DNA of 64,000 nucleotides from an uncultured virus (IMG/VR IMGVR_UViG_3300031974_001636) (taxonomy: Duplodnaviria > Heunggongvirae > Uroviricota > Caudoviricetes > Kyanoviridae), in the IMG/VR virus record IMGVR_UViG_3300031974_001636. The stretch is one strand, 5' to 3'. The first letter of the stretch is position 1. Every line of letters starts with the position of its first letter. Below are positions 56,671 to 64,000 of this stretch, one piece after another. Under the pieces are notes generated by a model. It did not search any database, was not told where the DNA came from, and saw only the letters and a program-made list of their open reading frames with translations. The position numbers and the translations under genes are program-made.

Positions 56671-57150
56671 TCAGATGAACTGACGGGTGAAAAGTCCCTG
56701 TGCGTGTCCTTCACCGCCGATGATTGTCCAGACGCTACCTGCATCAATGGTAACTGTTCTGGCGGCGTTGATAGTCAGAGGACCAATGCTCATGGCATTT
56801 GCAAACTCGGGGTCAGGATTGCTGATTGCTCCGATGTCAAGATCCTCATCAATTACAGCAGCATTAGTTCTAACAATAGATTTCTCACCTAGAGATGCAC
56901 CACCACCGCCAACTGCTGCCCATCCTGCCTGCCCTTGTCTGGCGTCAGCAACATAAATCTGTGCCTGATCTTCCTCTTGGTTGAAGACAATCGTGCCGAT
57001 GGCAGGTGAACCAAATGCACTGTCAATCGCAGTCTGGTCAGTGTACTTGGGCAGTTCCAAATAGGAACCAGTACCCTGCAACTGAAGGATCTTAATCAGT
57101 GCCTCAGTTGTGGTATCAATGTTATTGCCATTGATCTTAGTGAGTGCCAT
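56671..57150 (-). CDS. Putative virion structural protein
   Basis: 159 aa; GTIVFN..QIY..GW and NAMSIGPLTI..TVTI..GSVWTII fibre-associated motifs; CTAAATA upstream. Confidence 0.7.
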   Translation of the reverse strand: MALTKINGNNIDTTTEALIKILQLQGTGSYLELPKYTDQTAIDSAFGSPAIGTIVFNQEEDQAQIYVADARQGQAGWAAVGGGGASLGEKSIVRTNAAVIDEDLDIGAISNPDPEFANAMSIGPLTINAARTVTIDAGSVWTIIGGEGHAQGLFTRQFI

Positions 57151-57175
57151 ATTGCTTTACCGATTCCGTTACTAT

Positions 57176-60100
57176 TTAGATAGGGAGTTCTCTAATTTCA
57201 ACAAAGTCATCACTGCTAGGTGCATCACCAGAGGCAAACACTACGTTAGTGCCGTTAGTATCTACCGTGTAGTTGACATCAGGGTGCTGAAGTACACCGT
57301 TGACAGTAACAATAACTGACTTGGAGTTGTGTACAACACCAGCATAGGATGTGATGGGATAGTTGAGAGTAATTCCATCGCCCTGAGTTCTTCTAGTAAT
57401 ATATTTGTCAGGTGCAACACCACCACGACCATCAACTCTCAGGTCTCCAGTGATACGCTGGGAACCTTCTACCTCTAGTCTATAAGTGGCAGATGCGGCA
57501 CGACCGATACCAATATGCTGAGGATATGCACTGTCATATGCACCAAACTGGAACACGCCAGTGTTAGTCAGACCGAACTTAATCCATGCACCTTCATAAT
57601 ACATCCAACCAAGATTGGTGCCAGGAGTCCAATCAATGCTGTAGACAATATCACCGTCAGAGGGTGCATTGTAGTTCTGAACATTGCTGAGGTCAGGTAC
57701 ACCTTGAAGAATACCACCAGTTACCAACTCAGGAGCAAGTAGCGTGGATTTAAGTACAGTACCGTCCTGGTTGTTGTAAGTAATCTTCTTAGCAACAATG
57801 TCCTTCTGAGATGTCAGAGTGCCCTGAACAGTTACAGGACCAGAGAAGATAGATTCCAGGTTGTTAGATGCACCACCGATAACAGTGAGTTTGTCGGTAA
57901 CAACAACCTCAGAGAATGTTTCAATGGTAGTGTTCTCTTCACCGAGAACATTCAACTGTGCAATATCTTCAGACGTGATCTGACCCGTAACTGGGTTAAT
58001 AACTTGGTTACCAATAAACAGGTCACCATTAGAGTTCAGACCAGAATAGAAGGCGACGCCTGCTTCTTCCTTCAACGATTGCGACAGTCTGATTTGCTCA
58101 TCGCTGAGAGTTTCTACCTGAGTTTGTGGGAACGCAGTAGAATAGTTACCAGGACCGAAACCAGTATATTCAAAAGTGTGGTTACCAGATCTAAGAATAG
58201 AGTGACGACGAAGTTCTACGTTGATCGGGAAAAGATCACCGTCAGCATCTTCCAGAATGGGAATCTTACGGGTCTCTTCATCACCCAGACGTGAAGTCAG
58301 GGGGATTTCAGAGAGAGTTTCGTTGATAGAATCCCATCCAGGAGATTGACCAGCGACCCATCCAGCATCAGCAAGGAGGAACTTAACTGCCTCTTTGGTG
58401 ATAGAACGTTGGTCATCCTTATTAGGTGTGGGAGATGCACCATCAGTACCATATACCAGACCAATGACTTCATTATCTGCAACAGATACTGTGGGTTCAG
58501 GGTCATCGTTAGGATTATCTCTGTCAAACGATGGATAAACTTCATTGACGTTTTGTGAGAACGCCATGTCATCAAAGTTAGAAGTTGTGGGCGAGATAGA
58601 TGCACACAACAGGGTCAGATAATAGATACCATCACTCACACCACGCTCAAATGCTTGAACTTCCTGAGTATCGTAGATGTAATATACCTTGTTCAGGTTA
58701 TAGTTAGTGTTGTCAGTGTTGTAAGGTTGGAGTACAAAACCACTGATAGGTGCTCTGGGCAGAGGAGGATTCTGATCCTTAGGAATGACATAACGAACAC
58801 GATAAGTTCTGTCAGTCAGGTTTCTAGCATCAGGAACACGCTTAATGAACGTTGTAGGAGTAAAGTTCAGAGTAGCGTATGTGGTGGTATTGGTGCTGAG
58901 AGTTTGATAGATCTCGTTATTTGTAGCATTAACAGACAGATACCAACCACCAACCTGATTCGCTTGACCATTGATAGTGTAAGTGTTGCTATCAAATTGA
59001 ATAGGTGAACCAGAGTTACCTGCGGTAGTTCCAGATACGTTAGGACCAAAAGGATTAATTTCAGCAGAACGAATTGTAGGAGGTTGACCAGCAGCAGGAA
59101 TCAACAAACAATAGAGTTTATCGGGCACTGCATTAACGCCAGCACCATCTTGCCTGGCACCTACAACATAACCCTGAACTTTGTTGGGCGGAGGTGCAGT
59201 CTGAGACGTGTAACCATAGATATACAGTCTAGAACCAAGTACACCACCTTGCCCAGCAAGTGCAGAGTTAATTACCTTGGTTCTAGCAATATCAATGTTA
59301 GTCCAGTTAATAGAAATCTCTGCTACATCAGACAAAGACTTGGGGGGAATGATGTGAGTGAGAGTTCCTGCCTTATCTTTAGTAAATGCAGTGCGCTTAA
59401 ATCCTTTAGAACGCAGTGCAGTATTACCAAAGTTAGAGTTACTGTTGGTGATAGACATGTCAGCACCAGAGTAACCAGCAAAGTGGTCACCATATCCCAC
59501 GGCGAACACCGAAACGACCTGAATAAACGAGTCGTTAGAACACTTAACGTGCGTATGTCTCCACCCTTTCTTATACTCAGCGAAACCATCTAGGTGGGAA
59601 CCAGGACCACCCTCATCATAGTTTCCAGTAGATGCATTATATTTAACGAACGCACGATCATCTTTTTGCAGTGACAGTCCAGTGAACTGTGCCACAACCA
59701 TAGATTTGAAACCAGTTGCCTTTGCACCATCAGCGTGCATACCATTCATGCCCCAGGTAGATCTCAGGGACAGGTTAAAGATATAAGGAGATGCAGAGTC
59801 AACAGTGTCAATTTCAACTTTAACGACAATGTTGGAACCAATAGCATTACCGCTAGGTTCTTCTGCTAATTGATAGGTAAATACGTTACCAGATGCACTA
59901 GTTACTGAGAAAGATCCGTTGTAGAGTTGTGCATCCAACTCCGACTGGTTTCCAGTAGATCCAGTGACACCAGAAATGTTAACGTTAACGCCGACAGAAA
60001 ACCCGTGGTTTTTTGGGTTTCCCTGCTCGTCAACTGTAATTGCTGTAGCAGTGTTGCCGTTGCGTGTAATTTGGAGAACTCTAAATTCATCGGAGATAGG

Positions 60101-60958
60101 TCCAACAATTCTGTTTTCCTCTACCCTTGCCTGAATCTGGTCAGTTGCAGGATCACCAGAGGTGTCAGGAATAGTAGCAAAACCGCGAGATACTTTCTGA
60201 TAGTAAATATCCAGGTCGGTTCTTTCTAGCAGGTTAGGAATAGAAGAACCAGTAATCTCAGCAGAGTTTTCTACAGTGCCAAGGTCGTTAATCAGTTGGT
60301 TGAGAGTATTCGTACCATCGGCAAATTCAAATGCCGTAAGTTTGTGGTGAGAATACGAAGGAGGGATGGTTTCGGAATCATCTGGTTTGAAATACACACC
60401 AGTTTGATCACCATCAAAGAATGAAAACTGCCAGAAGTAGCAACCACCAGTTACACGGAAAATGGCAGTCTGTGAGGGAACTTGTTCCTCAGTGTTGATA
60501 CCTTTAGCAGGATAAGTTGTAGGATAGGGGACGTACTTAGGAATAATTTTAGTACGACGGAGGTCCATACCAACTAGAGAACAACCTCTAGGTACGATGA
60601 CGCCACCTTCTACAGAATTGTACTTGTAGAGTACATTGTTGGGGGAAGTAACATCCATGTTGGAGTTGGAATCCAACGGAGGAATGTTAGTATAAAGGAC
60701 TTCACCAGGACGATTGTCAATAATATACTCAGAAGGATAGAGAAGAATACTGAAGGCGTCAAATTCGTCGTTAGACAAACCAACTCTGTACGAGAACCTT
60801 GCTACTTCAAGGAAAGCACGTTGCAGAGATTTGAATGGTCTGAGTGAGGAATTACCTCTGTTGTCAATATCATCACTCGCATCAAAGTCATCAGGGTTGA
60901 CATAAATGATACGACCCGTACGGGACGTGATGATATTCTTAAGACGAGTTAGTGCCAT
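57176..60958 (-). CDS. Virion structural/tail-fibre protein with a beta-helix-like region
   Basis: 1260 aa; IIYVNP..D..GNS..RPFKSLQRA, SMVVAQFTG, SITNSNSNFGN, and a C-terminal VTVNGVLQHP module. Confidence 0.8.
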   Translation of the reverse strand: MALTRLKNIITSRTGRIIYVNPDDFDASDDIDNRGNSSLRPFKSLQRAFLEVARFSYRVGLSNDEFDAFSILLYPSEYIIDNRPGEVLYTNIPPLDSNSNMDVTSPNNVLYKYNSVEGGVIVPRGCSLVGMDLRRTKIIPKYVPYPTTYPAKGINTEEQVPSQTAIFRVTGGCYFWQFSFFDGDQTGVYFKPDDSETIPPSYSHHKLTAFEFADGTNTLNQLINDLGTVENSAEITGSSIPNLLERTDLDIYYQKVSRGFATIPDTSGDPATDQIQARVEENRIVGPISDEFRVLQITRNGNTATAITVDEQGNPKNHGFSVGVNVNISGVTGSTGNQSELDAQLYNGSFSVTSASGNVFTYQLAEEPSGNAIGSNIVVKVEIDTVDSASPYIFNLSLRSTWGMNGMHADGAKATGFKSMVVAQFTGLSLQKDDRAFVKYNASTGNYDEGGPGSHLDGFAEYKKGWRHTHVKCSNDSFIQVVSVFAVGYGDHFAGYSGADMSITNSNSNFGNTALRSKGFKRTAFTKDKAGTLTHIIPPKSLSDVAEISINWTNIDIARTKVINSALAGQGGVLGSRLYIYGYTSQTAPPPNKVQGYVVGARQDGAGVNAVPDKLYCLLIPAAGQPPTIRSAEINPFGPNVSGTTAGNSGSPIQFDSNTYTINGQANQVGGWYLSVNATNNEIYQTLSTNTTTYATLNFTPTTFIKRVPDARNLTDRTYRVRYVIPKDQNPPLPRAPISGFVLQPYNTDNTNYNLNKVYYIYDTQEVQAFERGVSDGIYYLTLLCASISPTTSNFDDMAFSQNVNEVYPSFDRDNPNDDPEPTVSVADNEVIGLVYGTDGASPTPNKDDQRSITKEAVKFLLADAGWVAGQSPGWDSINETLSEIPLTSRLGDEETRKIPILEDADGDLFPINVELRRHSILRSGNHTFEYTGFGPGNYSTAFPQTQVETLSDEQIRLSQSLKEEAGVAFYSGLNSNGDLFIGNQVINPVTGQITSEDIAQLNVLGEENTTIETFSEVVVTDKLTVIGGASNNLESIFSGPVTVQGTLTSQKDIVAKKITYNNQDGTVLKSTLLAPELVTGGILQGVPDLSNVQNYNAPSDGDIVYSIDWTPGTNLGWMYYEGAWIKFGLTNTGVFQFGAYDSAYPQHIGIGRAASATYRLEVEGSQRITGDLRVDGRGGVAPDKYITRRTQGDGITLNYPITSYAGVVHNSKSVIVTVNGVLQHPDVNYTVDTNGTNVVFASGDAPSSDDFVEIRELPI

Positions 60959-60982
60959 CTTTTAGACTTTATCCTTCTGAGT

Positions 60983-60990
60983 TATTTATC
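60983..60990 (-). promoter_or_regulatory. Late promoter variant GATAAATA
   Basis: 7/8 match, intergenic. Confidence 0.6.
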
Positions 60991-61006
60991 GGATCATCAA
61001 AGGGAA

Positions 61007-62506
61007 TTACGGTGCATCGCCAGCACCAGCATCACCACCAGCAGTTTCAGTAGCAGCGGTCTGATAATTATTCGTACGCTGATAAAGAGTCGTGGCAAGT
61101 TCGCTTACAGTATCTTGGAAAGCATCCAATACAAAATTAACGCGACCGTTAGTTGCTTCAACCTTAATAGATTGTCCAGGTCCAACAATAATTCCCTTAC
61201 GCTCTTCAGAAGCAGACTGTGCAATAGCATCAGCATTGATAATTACATCGGCAGCATCAGTATTGCTGACGCTACTGATAGTTGCAGTTGCCTTGCTAGT
61301 TGCAGTCTGACGAGGTACATCTAGGAAAGTATCAGTACCAACCCAGAGGGCAGATCCAGGACCATTGGTTACATAAGCGATGCCATTTGCATCATCCCAA
61401 TTAAGAACAGTGCCGTAACTGTCGCCAGCGATAGCATCAACAGCATAGGTAACATCACGATAGGTAAATGAATCGGTGATAACCCATCCGCTGACATCTT
61501 TGAGTCCTTCATCTACCTGAGTATATACCCAAACTTCATTGAAAGTATACTCTTGAGAGAAGACGAAATACTGAGAATCGTCAGTATAGTTAGCATCCGC
61601 AAAGTCAAATGGATACCACTGACTAACAAGTTCAGCACCACTTAGATCATATTGAACATATGCGTTAGCAGAACCTGCGGTGCCACTAGTAGTCTTACCA
61701 GCGGTATATTCCGTCTGTCCATTGTTAGTGCCACCAGCAAATTCTGAGAATCTCAAATCAATACCAGTCATGCTGGTGTGAGATACATCAAAACGATAAA
61801 CACGGTCGGTCAGCAGTTCAGGTTGAATCTGATTTTGCAGACGATATACAGTACCACCAGCACCATCGTTAAACACAAATCTACTTACAGCAGTAGCAAT
61901 ACCGCCAACACTAATAGTACCAGAAGTGGTTGATGAACCACCAGTAAGAACATCGCCTTCAGCAAATGTACCACCAGTAACATTACCCACCCAAAGAACA
62001 CCGTCATTGTCTACACCAGGGACAAATTCGTAGACGGTTCCACTAACACCACCACCATTACTTACAGTTTCACCGTTAGCATAATCTGGGTTTGCACTAC
62101 TTGCACCATCAGCAACGTTTTCTAGGGTGAAAGCAATCAGAGATTCATATCTTACCAGATAAGTTGTAATCGCAGGATCAACAACGTCTAGGAGATATGC
62201 ACACTTCTCACCATCAGTAGTGGTGAACTTAGTGCCAGGAACTGCATCTGCCAGAGGAATAGCAGCAGACAGACTCCACTTTACGTTACTGATAAGGTCT
62301 CCACGATGCAATTTATAAGTGGAAGCATCCAAAGTCAATGCCTGATCCCACTGTCGTAGAGAAATGTTGTAAGTATCAGCACCAGTATTGTCACAGTTTA
62401 CAATAACTGTTCCAGTAGCAGAACTGAATACATCGTTCTTAAATAGTGTGGTCTCGGTCGCCGCAGCAGGTTTTACCGCGCCAAGAACTCCAGTGTTAGT
62501 TGCCAT
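61007..62506 (-). CDS. Virion structural protein
   Basis: 499 aa, beta-rich, lying within the late block. Confidence 0.75.
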   Translation of the reverse strand: MATNTGVLGAVKPAAATETTLFKNDVFSSATGTVIVNCDNTGADTYNISLRQWDQALTLDASTYKLHRGDLISNVKWSLSAAIPLADAVPGTKFTTTDGEKCAYLLDVVDPAITTYLVRYESLIAFTLENVADGASSANPDYANGETVSNGGGVSGTVYEFVPGVDNDGVLWVGNVTGGTFAEGDVLTGGSSTTSGTISVGGIATAVSRFVFNDGAGGTVYRLQNQIQPELLTDRVYRFDVSHTSMTGIDLRFSEFAGGTNNGQTEYTAGKTTSGTAGSANAYVQYDLSGAELVSQWYPFDFADANYTDDSQYFVFSQEYTFNEVWVYTQVDEGLKDVSGWVITDSFTYRDVTYAVDAIAGDSYGTVLNWDDANGIAYVTNGPGSALWVGTDTFLDVPRQTATSKATATISSVSNTDAADVIINADAIAQSASEERKGIIVGPGQSIKVEATNGRVNFVLDAFQDTVSELATTLYQRTNNYQTAATETAGGDAGAGDAP

Positions 62507-62510
62507 TTAA

Positions 62511-63830
62511 TTAAAAGATCTGTGAGAGGTAAAGTTGTTGTTGACGAACGCGAGCGGTTAATTTTTGAGCACCAATACCAGCACCAAATTGTACGTCTTC
62601 AAGGGCAACGTTGTTGGTGGACAGCAACGTAGCGTCAGAATCTGGGAACTTGATGTTACGAAGTTGAGTAATGTTAGTCAGATCAATTCTGACTCGTCTT
62701 TGCTCGTCAATATCATCAACCAGATCAACTCTATTTAGTTCCTTGTTACTAAGTTTCTGAGAAGCATTAGTAGTTACCAGAACACTCGGATTGAGAGGTT
62801 CGTTAAGGTTCTCAGAAGGGAACTGGAACTGATAGTTAAGAGACTCAAACTGATTAGTCAGATTGAAAATAATTCTCTTGGTGGGAGTTGTACCATCAGC
62901 AAGAATTAGATCTTCAATAACTTTGTTGCTAAGAGATTGGGTAGAATCAGTACCAACCAGAGTCAGAGAAAGATCAGGGAAGACTACTGTACGATCAGAG
63001 GTTAGTGATGCTGTGTCAAACGTAATAGCAGGTGCATCAGTTGCAGTAGTGGATGCAAACTTGGCATCAATGAGAGTCTTACCAGACAGTTTCTGGGTAG
63101 ACACATCATCAACAAGTTCACTCGTTACAACAGCAATACCAGGATCGGGCAACTGATACGTTTTAGTACCAGTAATTGTCTCATCCCAGTCAAAGGTGAA
63201 ACGAGCATTCTTTTCATTATTACCAACACCATCACGGATAGTGAATCGTTGGTCTTCAATGATAATATCTTTGTTTGTAATCAACTGGTTGGTATCATCA
63301 CCCAGAAGAACAGTACCACCACCAGTAACAATCTCAGGCAGTGTAAATACTCGGGTGCCACCAGTATTACCGATGTTACCTACTTCAAAACGTGCCTTAC
63401 GAGTGTTGTCACTGTTATCTTGAAGGACAAACAGGTTGTCATTCAGTAGAAGTTGACCAGTAACTTCTACTCTACCCGCACCTTTGGGGGAGATAATAAT
63501 GTTGGAGTTGGTAGCAGAGTCGTCGGCAACTGTGATCAGGTTCGTAGAAGAACCATCGGTATTCTCAATACGAGAGAAATAGAAACCACCAGAACCATAC
63601 GAGATACCGAATTGATTGTACGCATTTTGGTACAATCCAGTATCACGGTCCAGGTCAAAACACAGTCCAGGTGCTGCTTTAGTACCTGCCGAGACAGTCT
63701 TAAAAAGTTGATTAACTTTTGACTTACGGTTGGGAATCAGTGGGTCTGATACGACAACGGGGAGAATTGCTTCCCCCGACAAGTTGGCGTCATCAATGCC
63801 ATCTAACTGTGAGATTTTCTTAGTTGCCAC
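62511..63830 (-). CDS. Tail-fibre-like structural protein (GTG start)
   Basis: TKKISQL N-terminus, APGLCFDLDRDTGLY, and repeated R..FPD...LV.....Q.LSNK fibre units. Confidence 0.78.
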   Translation of the reverse strand: MATKKISQLDGIDDANLSGEAILPVVVSDPLIPNRKSKVNQLFKTVSAGTKAAPGLCFDLDRDTGLYQNAYNQFGISYGSGGFYFSRIENTDGSSTNLITVADDSATNSNIIISPKGAGRVEVTGQLLLNDNLFVLQDNSDNTRKARFEVGNIGNTGGTRVFTLPEIVTGGGTVLLGDDTNQLITNKDIIIEDQRFTIRDGVGNNEKNARFTFDWDETITGTKTYQLPDPGIAVVTSELVDDVSTQKLSGKTLIDAKFASTTATDAPAITFDTASLTSDRTVVFPDLSLTLVGTDSTQSLSNKVIEDLILADGTTPTKRIIFNLTNQFESLNYQFQFPSENLNEPLNPSVLVTTNASQKLSNKELNRVDLVDDIDEQRRVRIDLTNITQLRNIKFPDSDATLLSTNNVALEDVQFGAGIGAQKLTARVRQQQLYLSQIF

Positions 63831-63853
63831 AGACTCAATATCTTGCTACTTTT

Positions 63854-64000
63854 TTATTTATACGTTCTAGGATAGAGCGTATTGTACATCATAAATCCTC
63901 GGAGTCTTCGGATTGGATCCCAAGGAACTCCGAGAGATAAGCAGCACTCTTTATAACTCTCCCACTCAGTCAAGGGCATCAAGTCTGCTGTGCTTTCGGG
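63854..64000 (-). CDS. Hypothetical protein, 5' end outside the window
   Basis: Open frame ...EWESYKECCLSLGVP..RGFMMYNTLYPRTYK*. Confidence 0.55.
   Translation of the reverse strand, partial: PESTADLMPLTEWESYKECCLSLGVPWDPIRRLRGFMMYNTLYPRTYK
63855..63862 (-). promoter_or_regulatory. T4-type late promoter TATAAATA
   Basis: Perfect consensus overlapping the stop codon of the upstream ORF. Confidence 0.8.

Noticed and set aside
1..64000. tRNA, rRNA, introns, inteins or photosynthesis AMGs
   Set aside because: None recognised by eye; a tRNAscan/Infernal run would be needed to exclude them formally

Overview
This is a 64-kb fragment of a T4-like marine cyanomyophage (Kyanoviridae-like, probably infecting Synechococcus or Prochlorococcus), with essentially all genes on the minus strand. 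It has three blocks. (i) 1-44.5 kb is a late baseplate/tail block: tail fibre, DUF4815/VrlC-like protein, gp8, two YHYH-domain proteins, a gp9/10-like fibre, a 6749-aa gp7, gp6, gp25 and a PAAR protein. (ii) 44.5-56.6 kb is an early/accessory block of about 40 small ORFs, two 2OG-Fe(II) oxygenases, an SF2 helicase and two putative PD-(D/E)XK nucleases, driven by repeated sigma70-like promoters that carry a palindromic operator. (iii) 56.7-64 kb holds further virion and fibre genes under T4 late promoters. The main discovery candidate is in gp7 (about 22.4-24.6 kb): tandem phycobiliprotein-like domains that keep cysteines matching both the Cys84-type (C-x-R-D) and beta-Cys155-type bilin attachment sites, suggesting a bilin-bearing, possibly light-responsive baseplate. 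Neighbouring virion proteins carry intact blue-copper motifs. Also notable are a cluster of cyanobacterial DnaA boxes, a promoter-driven G-rich non-coding segment, and unannotated RHH, AbrB-like and HicA-like small genes. All family assignments come from motif recognition by eye, with no database searches.
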